A DNA stretch of 63,544 bases, the filler included, from Octopus bimaculoides (Eukaryota), in NCBI RefSeq assembly GCF_001194135.2. It is 6 parts of 6 records of this genome, joined end to end, with 100 filler letters (N's around TTAATTAATTAA, not from the genome) between each part and the next. Parts side by side here need not be neighbours in the genome. Positions count along the whole stretch, not along the records: positions 1 to 15,815 come from NC_068984.1; positions 15,916 to 41,309 come from NC_068987.1; 4 more parts are not named here. One strand, given 5' to 3'. This document shows, piece by piece, positions 12,870-22,974 of this stretch. Position 1 is the stretch's first letter, and every line of letters starts with the position of its first letter. Under the pieces are notes generated by a model that saw only the letters and a program-made list of their open reading frames with translations, was not told where the DNA came from and ran no database searches. Both the position numbers and the translations under genes were made by a program.

Positions 12870-13035
12870 AAATGGTTAGTGGCATTTCTTCTGACTCTTT
12901 ACGTTCTAAGTACTAATGTTACTAAGATCAAATTACTTCCCATCATCCTTTCAGAGTTGATCAAAGAAATACAAGTTGAGCATTGGGGTTGATGTAATTG
13001 ACTTCCCCCTCCCCTCAAAATTGCTGACCTTATGT
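12870..13035 (+). mobile_element. SINE family C, degraded
   Basis: catcctttcagagttgatcaaagaaatacaagttgagcattggggttgatgtaattgact matches the family C core. Confidence 0.55.
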
Positions 13036-13493
13036 AAAAATGAGAAAGGATCACATCAGCACAACAAAGTGGTAGAGTTGGTAAAGTGCCATGGTATTAG
13101 TTTTATTTACCTTTCTGAATTCAAGTCCTGTGGAGGTTGATGAGGACAAATATCCATCAAAATGTAAATAATGTATATTACATCACTTGTTCTTATGTAC
13201 GTTTCACCATTGTGGTTGTTTGTAAAACTACTTTGTATGTACCAAGTGCAATTCGATGCTTAACCACAATGGATCATCAAGAGAACAATTTATTGCATTA
13301 TGTTAGAGAGAACTAATGTAATTTCTTCTATATTTTGCTCTGTACATCATGACCAGTAATACAACTGGTCATGATATACAGTAATGCTACTAAGTACAGC
13401 ACTAACTAAACTACTATACTGGGAGCAGAGTGGATGATGATAATTTACATGTAGCTCTAATCTCAACAGTAACAGTCAATGTGTGTATGTGTA

Positions 13494-13632
13494 TAGAGGG
13501 GTTAGACAAAATAATGGAAACACCTTAAAATTTCAAACAAATTTATTTTAACATGGGGTAGGACCACCTTTGGCAGTAATTACAGCTTGAGTTCTACGAG
13601 GTATCGACTCATACAAAATTTGAATTGTTTCA
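13494..13632 (+). mobile_element. Tc1-like transposon terminus
   Basis: TA followed by tagaggggttagacaaaataatggaaacacc, a Tc1-type TIR pattern, then ccacctttggcagtaattacagctt. Confidence 0.6.
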
Positions 13633-13751
13633 GCACCCAACAAAAACAGTGATAGGCTTGTAAAGCCCTTAAATACCTGAGTATTTCAGCTGATCACGTA
13701 CATGTCAGTACACCAGCTGACAGGAGAGAATGTTAACAGGTACTTGTGCAG

Positions 13752-14068
13752 CAGAATCCTCCATTTTCGAGTACGGAGATTCTGATTCTGCAAAAAAGAC
13801 TGNNNNNNNNNNNNNNNNNNNNNNNNNNNNNNNNNNNNNNNNNNNNNAAAAAAAATTCAGTTTTTACTTTTTCCAGAAATTGTTTTTTGCGAAATACGTA
13901 GAAAAATACGGAGATTATGATTCTGAAAAGAAAATTGTAAAGTTTCAATTTCTAAGAAAAAAAGTGAAAATTGAAGAATTTGGGGTATTGGGGTAGGGGA
14001 AATTAAAATTTTAAAATGCCGTATTTTTGCAGAATCAGAAACTTCGTACTCGAAAATGGGGGATTCTG
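13752..14068. mobile_element. Unclassified inverted-repeat element with ~46-bp imperfect IRs
   Basis: cagaatcctccattttcgagtacggagattctgattctgcaaaaa (13752-13797) versus the inverse at 14023-14068. No TSD found. Confidence 0.65.
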
Positions 14069-14680
14069 TATAAAAAAAAAGGTCCACATTCTTTACGTCC
14101 GCCTAGGGGCTTCGAGCCCAGAATCCGAATCAAACTGTTTTAAACAATTTATATACATATACACACGTAGGTATGTGTGTACTGTTTAATACGCGACTTT
14201 AGTCACGTACTCCTAATTCTGTCATGTCTCTCTCTTTCTCCCTCTCTTTACATATATATTTACACACACATCTAAAATATATGTAAAATTCCAAATTACT
14301 AAACAGCTCAACATATAAAAAGGGAAAAGTAGGAGTGTGAACTGAATTATCATTTTCGGTAAATAGTATGATTCAGACAATTGAAAAATACAAGTTAAGT
14401 GCCAAGTATACATTTTCAGATACGACGGAGTAAACTACTTTTCTTTTCTTGACCTTAAGGCATAGCCAATGATATTAAAAAGCGGGAAAGACAAAATTTT
14501 GTTGATGACGAAATAAGGTTATCAAACTACGTTACATATAAGTAACATGTAGTAATGTTTGTGTATGTTTCGTTGTGTGTGTCTGTATGAGTGTAAAATC
14601 AGCCCATTTCTAGGAATTGGTATAAGTACTTCCGAATATTCACAGGACAGATAAGCAACATACGTAAAGACACATTTGTC

Positions 14681-14884
14681 AGGCTGAAAAATTTTGGGGA
14701 TTGTGAGTGTGTGGGGCAATCGATTAGATCGATCCAGTACGCAACTGGTACTTAATTTATCGACCCCGAAAGGATGAAAGGCAAAGTTGACCTCGGCGGA
14801 ATTTGAACTCAGAACGTGAAGACACACGGAATACCGTTAAGCATTTCGCCCGGTGTGCTAGTGTTTCTGCTAGCTCACCGCCTT
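14681..14884 (-). mobile_element. SINE family C with TSD
   Basis: tRNA-like head (B box gagttcaaattcc), then gaggtcaactttgcctttcatcctttcggggtcgataaattaagtacc. TSD ACATTTGTC at 14672-14680 and 14885-14893. Confidence 0.88.
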
Positions 14885-15147
14885 ACATTTGTCTATCTAC
14901 ACATACACAATATGTATGCATGCATACACACGAAGATAGAAGTACAGTGGAAACCGCTTATTTATACTGGTTATTGCCAATAGAAAAGGTTCCATCTTAA
15001 ATTAACAAAAGGCAACTTTCACCGTATATACACACACTTAATACCACCTTCCTGTAAGGCTAAGCGGTGTGATTAAGAAGTTCGCTTCTCCAGGGGTTTC
15101 AGGTTCAGTTCTGTGCAGCACCCAAACTTTTTTGTACCTCGGACTGG

Positions 15148-15520
15148 GGATCTTTCTGATGTGGCGGACACCATTTGTTTTCTAACGAGAAAGATCCATT
15201 ATTTGGTATAGGGTCGGACAGAAAATAAATTTTAAAATTTTATTGACTATGGCAGTCTGTAGAGGTTCTTTTGTTTGCATTATATATGTATTAAATTTGT
15301 AATATAATGTATTATGTATAAAACACTACATAAAACATAAATGAAAAGTGGTGTCTGTCAATTCAGAAAGATCCTAAATTATACATTATGCACTTTATTG
15401 TGTTATGAATGTGATCTCCCGGTCCAAGGAAAAAAATGTCTTGTATGAAATCCGTCCGAGATCTTTCTGATTTGGCGGACACCATTTTCTATTATGGTGT
15501 CCGCCAAATCAGAAAGATCC
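15148..15520. mobile_element. Cluster of GGATCTTTCTGA-type TIRs, a third MITE subfamily
   Basis: Left TIR at 15148, right TIR ending at 15374, then a back-to-back TIR pair at 15460-15519. The subterminal actacataaaacataaatgaaaa is shared with the 5252 end of the first MITE. Confidence 0.8.
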
Positions 15521-15815
15521 TATTATCATTTTGGTCAATATAAAGACCTTCACCCAGGAACAAAAAATAATAATAATAACCAGTCTGGTGGGTGTTAAGA
15601 AGTGTATAGAAAACGAATATGAAAAAAAATGCGCGCTGACGACCCTGGGTGTGAGGAGGGAACTTACAGAAAATTCACAAGATCCAATTTTTCCGTCATA
15701 ATTTCGGGTAAAATGGATATATATTGATTTTTTTTTTTTACGGAATCCCACGTTTTTGGTTGTGGAGGATCCGATTCTGAAAAAAATTTGTTTGCAAAAT
15801 TTCAATTTTTTAACA

Positions 15816-15915
15816 NNNNNNNNNNNNNNNNNNNNNNNNNNNNNNNNNNNNNNNNNNNNTTAATTAATTAANNNNNNNNNNNNNNNNNNNNNNNNNNNNN
15901 NNNNNNNNNNNNNNN
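15816..15915. other. Assembly gap placeholder N44-TTAATTAATTAA-N44 (also 41310-41409, 48246-48345, 51964-52063, 61165-61264)
   Basis: The same 100-bp structure occurs five times, and the linker carries stops in all six frames. Confidence 0.95.
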
Positions 15916-16124
15916 CTGAATATTTCTATTATACCTAAGGCACCTACTATGATAGGAATTGTTTCTGTTTTTAGATTCCACATTCGAGTTATCTCTATTT
16001 CCAGGTCTTTGTATTTTGAAAGTTTCTCCATTTCTTTTAGGGAAACGTTGTCATCTGTTGGTATTGATACATCAATTAGAAAGCATTTTTTTCCTTCATG
16101 ATCTCTGACAACTATATCAGGCCT
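15916..16124 (-). mobile_element. R4/Dong-type LINE, restriction-like endonuclease fragment
   Basis: RPDIVVRD..KKCFLIDVSIP..EKLSKYKDL..IPIIVGALG shows the RLE PD..D/E..K pattern. Its 5' break abuts a (TAA)n tract. Confidence 0.88.
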
Positions 16125-16142
16125 ATTATTGTTATTATTATT

Positions 16143-16668
16143 GAGTGAGAGAGTAGTGCATGCCATCAAAGTGACACTGGGGTACAAATATACGAAGCCC
16201 AGTATACCCATCATGACTACCCGTCTGATAACCATATGTGCGCGATATGGTGATCTCATATCAAGATGAACAGCGCATGACCTTGCAGGTGGGGCCCAGT
16301 TAGAATTTTCTTCAGGTCGAGTAGCCCATCCCGCTCAAAAGGTCCCTGAAAAAGGTTTGTTTAAGGATGTTGAGCAAAACACCCATGTTTCCAAAGGTGA
16401 ATTATTCAAACTCCAAAGAATTCCTTTCAACACATGGCTATGATGCTCCCCCACTACTTCTGCTCGTGATCAGAGATGCACATATCGTCAGCCACCAAGG
16501 GACATGCTCAATTGGTTAAGGTCAAACAACTGACAAGCAAATTTGTGGTATTCAGCAGAATATTTGCTGTAGCCCATCTTTTATACCAAAATCAATGTAC
16601 ATGATAACACTTCCAATGAATTAAAATCAGAAGCCATGAGAGCCACTGCCTAGTACTGCACCAGGGCA

Positions 16669-16669
<1 letters not shown>
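16143..16669 (-). mobile_element. Unclassified ~527-bp element embedded in (TAA)n
   Basis: GC-richer block bounded by (TTA)n on both sides (16125-16142 and 16670-16717). No convincing ORF, no Pol III boxes, no TIRs. Strand is inferred from TAA orientation. Confidence 0.5.
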
Positions 16670-16713
<44 letters not shown>

Positions 16714-16821
16714 CATTAAGGTGACTATTCGCAATTTAGAACCGAAAAGCAGAAGTATAGTTATTACTGAAATAAATGATTGACGGTGCTAGCAATGCGG
16801 GAGCTGACTAGCACCCTTAGC

Positions 16822-16891
<70 letters not shown>

Positions 16892-17002
16892 GCGTTTCAG
16901 CCAAATAGCTACGGTCGTGCTGGAGCACCACCATATACATATATAATCGTAACTTGCCATGTCGGCGCTTTGAATTCTATAGCAAATATATAGCGATAAG
17001 CA

Positions 17003-17292
17003 TTATATGGATTAGTGTCTGGAGTGTTGCAGTCACGATCGCGTGGTCGTGATTTCAATTCCTAGACCAGTTGGTATGTTGTGTTCTTGAGCAAAACACT
17101 TCATCTTACGCTGCTCTGCGATCGCTTCGACACGTGATGCGTGGCACACCGTGCACCTGTTCAGACAACGTGGATTTGATGGAGAGAGCGAGCTAATGTG
17201 CGGCACCAACTTTTGATCACGGTAAACGAATCATTTGTCCAGGTCGTTTGGCGGAAACGAACGCTCATGCGTCGACTTCGACGGGAGAGTCC
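17003..17292 (+). mobile_element. tRNA-derived SINE with CORE-like segment and a distinct tail
   Basis: gatttcaattcc B-box-like motif, followed by gtgttcttgagcaaaacacttcatcttacgctgctc. Confidence 0.6.
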
Positions 17293-17295
17293 ATT

Positions 17296-17380
17296 ATACA
17301 TTATAAGGGAAAGGCTCTGATTTCCACTACTCTGAGTTATTCGTATTTGAGTAAATCGGAGCCTTTCGGTTACAATGTAT
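17296..17380. ncRNA. Candidate pri-miRNA-like hairpin
   Basis: 11-bp lower stem, 2x2 internal loop, 15-bp stem, bulge, 4-5 bp and a 16-nt loop, in sequence not otherwise repeated in the window. No expression data. Confidence 0.4.
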
Positions 17381-17424
17381 TAAAGAGTACTCAACATCTG
17401 TATTGAGTCCTGTAATTAATCCCT

Positions 17425-17780
17425 TCTGGTGCAACGACATGATCCCAGGTTCAATCCCACGGCGTGGCACTTTGGGCAAGTGTCTTCTACTATAGCCTCG
17501 GGCCGACCAAAGCCTTGTGAGTGGATTTGGTAGACGGAAACTGGAAGAAGCTCGTCGTATATGTATATATATGGCTATGTGTGTGTGTGTGCTTGTGTGT
17601 CTGTGTTTCTCCCCCCCCCCTTAACATAGCTTGACAACCGATGGGGGTGTGTTTATGTTCCCCTAACTTAGCAGTTCGGTAAAAAAGTCCGTTAGAATAA
17701 GTAGTAGGCTTGTAAAGAATAAGGTTTGGGGTCGATTTGCTCGACTAAAGGCGGTGCTCCAGCATGGCCGCAGTCAACTA
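17425..17780 (+). mobile_element. SINE family B
   Basis: ggcaagtgtcttctactatagcctcgggccgaccaaagccttgtgagtggatttggtagacggaaact...ggcggtgctccagcatggccgcagtc. Confidence 0.9.
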
Positions 17781-19089
17781 TATATATGTGTGTGTGTGTG
17801 TATGTGTGTGCGTGCGGGTGAGTACATACATGTGTGTGTGTGTTCGTGTGTGTGTGCGTGTCTGTGTATATGTGTATGTGCGTGTGTGTTTATATATATA
17901 TATATATATATATCTGCTAGCTTATTCCTTCGTGGAGAGTCTCTAACACCACCTACTTCAACCACCCACCCTTTCCGTGTTCCCCCTCGCTGCTCCCCTC
18001 CCCTTCACCTCCCCCGCCTTATTTCCTTGCTACTGTTCCTCTCCCCCCCNNNNNNNNNNNNNNNNNNNNNNNNNNNNNNNNNNNNNNNNNNNNNNNNNNN
18101 NNNNNNNNNNNNNNNNNNNNNNNNNNNNNNNNNNNNNNNNNNNNNNNNNNNNNNNNNNNNNNNNNNNNNNNNNNNNNNNNNNNNNNNNNNNNNNNNNNNN
18201 NNNNNNNNNNNNNNNNNNNNNNNNNNNNNNNNNNNNNNNNNNNNNNNNNNNNNNNNNNNNNNNNNNNNNNNNNNNNNNNNNNNNNNNNNNNNNNNNNNNN
18301 NNNNNNNNNNNNNNNNNNNNNNNNNNNNNNNNNNNNNNNNNNNNNNNNNNNNNNNNNNNNNNNNNNNNNNNNNNNNNNNNNNNNNNNNNNNNNNNNNNNN
18401 NNNNNNNNNNNNNNNNNNNNNNNNNNNNNNNNNNNNNNNNNNNNNNNNNNNNNNNNNNNNNNNNNNNNNNNNNNNNNNNNNNNNNNNNNNNNNNNNNNNN
18501 NNNNNNNNNNNNNNNNNNNNNNNNNNNNNNNNNNNNNNNNNNNNNNNNNNNNNNNNNNNNNNNNNNNNNNNNNNNNNNNNNNNNNNNNNNNNNNNNNNNN
18601 NNNNNNNNNNNNNNNNNNNNNNNNNNNNNNNNNNNNNNNNNNNNNNNNNNNNNNNNNNNNNNNNNNNNNNNNNNNNNNNNNNNNNNNNNNNNNNNNNNNN
18701 NNNNNNNNNNNNNNNNNNNNNNNNNNNNNNNNNNNNNNNNNNNNNNNNNNNNNNNNNNNNNNNNNNNNNNNNNNNNNNNNNNNNNNNNNNNNNNNNNNNN
18801 NNNNNNNNNNNNNNNNNNNNNNNNNNNNNNNNATATGTATTTTTCTGAAAGTTATGATCATCCAAAGTCGGGGTGGTCGTGGACAGAAATCTGTAGTTAT
18901 GCCAGGTTTTGGTGGGATTCATTTGTTAATAGTGATTATAATACTTGTAGTGGTTTCACCCTCGGTCAGCACTGATCTTGCAGATCTACCATCAAAAGAA
19001 CATTCTTGCCGTGGCCATCCCATCCAGTTTTGTAATAGCAACCACGTGGTTTCCGGTTCATTACCCACTGCATGGACAAGTGACTTTCA

Positions 19090-19510
19090 TACGTATTCTT
19101 TTACTTGTTTTAGTCATTTGACTGCGGTCATGCTGGAACACCGCCTTTAGTCGAGCAAATCGACCGCAGGCTTCATTCTTTGTAAGCCTAATACTTATTC
19201 AATCGTTTCTTTTGCTGAACCGCTAGATCACGAGGACGAAAACACACCAGCGTCGGTTGTCAAACGATATTGGAGGGACAAACACAGACACGCAAACATA
19301 TACACTCACATACATGCACACACACACACCACACACACACACACACACGATAGGCTTCTTTCAGTTTCCGTCTACCAAATCCACTCACAAGGTTTTGGTC
19401 ATCCCGAGGCTATAGTAAAAGACACTTGCCCAAGGTGCCACGCAGTGGGACAGAACCCGGTACCATATGATTGGTAAGCAAACTACTTACCACACAGCCA
19501 TTCCTGCGCC
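19090..19510 (-). mobile_element. SINE family B, near full length
   Basis: Inverse of the 17425-17780 sequence, extending to the head acttaccacacagccattcctgcgcc. Confidence 0.9.
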
Positions 19511-19802
19511 TCTGTATGTGTATAAATGCTTTCCTTGTGATTGAAGAATCACTCAATACTTTTTAGCGGAGCGCATATTAATTACTTTAAGAAAAATTGC
19601 TGACAATGGCTTCAGAGTTTCACCAGGCTGGTTTCATCAAGCTACCAATTCCTTAGCAACGCGATGAAGTAAATTCCCGGTGTTATTTTAAAGTCACTGT
19701 AAACTTTTTCTTGCAAATAGAAATCTAATATAGAGCGCTCCTTTAGTTTGTTTTGTTTTCATGTACAATTTTGCATAAGACACATCTATTTCTATACTCA
19801 TA

Positions 19803-19960
19803 TGTGGCTGTGTGGTAAGAAGCTTACTTCCCAACCACATAGTTCCATGTTCAATCTCACAGCGTTGCACCGTTAGGTAGGTGTCTTCTATTATAGCCTT
19901 GGGTTAACCAAAGCCTTGCGAGTGGATTTGGTAGACGGAAACTTAAAGAAGCCCGTCGTG

Positions 19961-19965
<5 letters not shown>
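19803..19965 (+). mobile_element. SINE family B, 5' part
   Basis: gtggctgtgtggtaagaagctt...gatttggtagacggaaacttaaagaagcccgtcg. Confidence 0.85.
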
Positions 19966-20002
<37 letters not shown>

Positions 20003-20309
20003 TGATAAAATTTAAACATCATACAGCCAATGAGAAGATCTCTATGTGGTCAAACGTGCTCGAAGTTGTGCCCAATTTCTCTCCAATCACACAAACCTTA
20101 AAATGAAGAGCGCATAGAACTATGCATTACAACGAAGAGACAGGACAGTCACGGATGTAACGTCTTTCATCCAATCAAATCTGACCAGGAGTTTGTCAGC
20201 CACAACGACGATGATGACAACAAAACGTTTTGATAAAGTCTTGTATGAGATTTCATTCTCTTAGGCATCTCTACCAACGTCAGATTTATGATGTCTGTAC
20301 GTGGTCGTA

Positions 20310-20585
20310 CAGTGGTTCCCAAACTTTTTCGGGCTGCCGCCGTCTTGATACCCGGACATCATTCCTAGCGCCCCCACCCTAACTAACCATTACACGCACA
20401 GACCTCTTTCTGAGTCAAATTCAAAGCAACTGTATTTCACAAATATAACTTAATCTAATGAACCCATTATTTTGTTGCTTCTTACCTGAATCGTCACCCC
20501 ATTATCGCCCCACTTTTCTTCAACAACCCATTGGAACTTTCCACCGCCCCCAGGGGGACAATACTGCCCATTTTGGGAACCACTA
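20310..20585. mobile_element. hAT-like MITE
   Basis: CAGTGGTTCCCAAA ... TTTGGGAACCACTA termini match 13/14. No TSD seen. Confidence 0.65.
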
Positions 20586-20602
20586 GCTAACACCCTGTCT
20601 AT

Positions 20603-20923
20603 GACTCGGCCGGTTATGATGGTAAAGGTTCCAATTGATCCGATTGACAGAACAGCCTGCTCGTGAAATTAACGTGCCAGTGGCTGAGTACTCCACAGAC
20701 ACGCGTACCATTAACATACTTCTCATGGAGAGTCAGCGTGACACAGAGTGTGACAAGGCTGGCCCTTTGAATTACAGGTACTGCCCATTTTTGCCAGCTG
20801 AGTGGACTGGAGCAACGTGAAACAAAGTGTCTTGCTCAAGGACACAACGTGCAGCCAGGAATTGAACTCACGACCTTACGATCGTGAGCCGTATACCCTA
20901 AACACTAAGCCACGCACCTTCAC
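20603..20923 (-). mobile_element. SINE family A' (CORE-like body, family A tail)
   Basis: Head ..gtggcttagtgtttaggg..gagttcaattcc, gtgtccttgagcaagacact core, family A tail. Degenerate flanking duplication aaca.cct.tctat.a matches 13/16. Confidence 0.8.
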
Positions 20924-21842
20924 AACAGCCTATCTATCATCATAAAAGAAAATAAAAAAGATGATTTATAAGACGACACTGTCATGAATGTAGTGTTAGT
21001 TAGATTGATTTGAGAAAAATAAATCTAGAGATCGTCTTGACTTGAACGTGTTTGATCGCTGGTCTGAATCACGGCTGACTTGAAGCTAAACAAAACCTCC
21101 ATTAACAACAAAACCAACAACAACCACCGCAACAACAATATATATATAAAAATTACCACATGAAAATAGTAAGAAAATAGCGAAAGAAACAAGAGAGATG
21201 TCTGGGAATTTGCTGGGAATTTGTTTCTTGCATTCATATAAAAACGTTCGTTATGTCTGGTGTTTGAAGCCGGATTTTGAAGGTTTTTGAACACAAGAGA
21301 ATGAAATGAAATAAACCGGCTTTTTATTTAATTCATTTCTTTTTCTTTCTTTACTCCATCATCGTCAAATTGTTTAGCGTCCATTTTGATCAATAGAGGA
21401 ACCCTCAGTTCATGTGTGTTGACTGTATAGAAAAGATATCTTTTGACGAAACAAAAAGGTAGAATTGTTTCTTTTTTTTCTTCTTCTCTGTAGCTTTGAG
21501 AGGATGAGATGGAGTAAGAAGAGAATGGAGCGTTCTTTTGATTCTTTTTATTAATTTACTAGTTTCAGTCATTGCATTGCAGCTATGCTGGGCAACCAAC
21601 TTTAAGGGCTATAATTCTGTCATATCGATCACAGAATTTATTTTAGCCTGGTGCTTATTTTCACGATCTATTTTCATCAAATGATTTAGTTAACTGAGAC
21701 AAAGAGACACAACACCTATTTTCATCGGCAAAAATAAACAAGCGACTAATACCATACATGCGATCATAGCTTCTTTCCTTGTAATGTTTTACTCGTTTTG
21801 GTTATTGAACTGCGCCCATACTGGGGCATGGCCTCGATACAT

Positions 21843-22225
21843 GGTGGCACTCCGTCGCTTACGACGTCGAGGGTTCCAGTTGACCCGATTAACGGAACAG
21901 CCTGCTCGTGAAATTAACGTGCAAGTGGCTGAGTACTCCACAGACACGTGTACCCTTAACATAGTTCTCGGGGATATTCAGCGTGACACAAAGTGTGACA
22001 AGGCTGACCCTTTGAATTACAGGCACAACAGAAACAGGAAGTAAGTGTGAGAGAAAGTTGTGGTGAAAGAGTACAGCAGGGTTCGCCACCATCCCCTGAC
22101 GGAGCCTCGTGGAGCTTTAGGTGTTTTCGCTCAATAAACACTCACAACGCCTGGTCTGGGAATCGAAACTGCAATCCTATGACCACGAGTCCGCTGCCCT
22201 AACCACTGGGCCATTGCGCCTTCAC
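21843..22225 (-). mobile_element. Full-length SINE family A
   Basis: Inverse of 6383-6764. 13-bp TSD GGCCTCGATACAT at 21830-21842 and 22226-22238. Confidence 0.93.
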
Positions 22226-22395
22226 GGCCTCGATACATACATATACAAATAAACACACACATATTTATTTATTCATTAGTCTTTCAGTTGTGTCAGTTTA
22301 GACTACGGCCATGCTGGACATCATTTTGAATCTATGAAATCGACCCCAGCGCTTATTTTTCAAAGTTTAGTATTTATCTATGTATTTATGGTAAA

Positions 22396-22708
22396 AGCGC
22401 GTGGTGTAGTGACTAGGGTATGAGGCTCACGGTCACGGGTTCGATTCCAAATGGCGTGGTGTGTCCTTGGGCAAGACACTATTTCACATTGCTCCACGAC
22501 ACTCAGCTGACAAACATGAGTAGTACCTGTAATTCAAAGGGGCCAGCCTTGTCACATTCAGTGTCACGCTGAATCTCCCTGAGAACTACGTTAAGAGTAA
22601 GCATGTCTGTGGAGTGCTCAGCCACTTGGATGTTAATTTCTCGACCAGGAGGCTGTTCCGTCGATCGGATCAACAGGAACGCTCGCCATCGTAAACGAAG
22701 GGGTGTCG
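22396..22708 (+). mobile_element. SINE family A'
   Basis: ggttcgattcc B box, gtgtccttgggcaagacact core, and the shared tail tcaaaggggccagccttgtcaca...gatcggatcaac. Confidence 0.85.
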
Positions 22709-22943
22709 GTTTCTATTCATGGTATTTATTCACCTTTTAATAAACTTCTAAGTTATGGGTATGTAAACGAAATAACACCGGTTATCAAGGCATACACACA
22801 CACACATACACACACACACACACACAGACACACATACACACACACTCTCTCTCACACACTTTCCCACTCTCTCCCTCTTTCTCTCTCCTCCTCTCGCTCA
22901 TACACACACACACACATACACATTACGACAGGTTTGCGTATAA

Positions 22944-22974
<31 letters not shown>

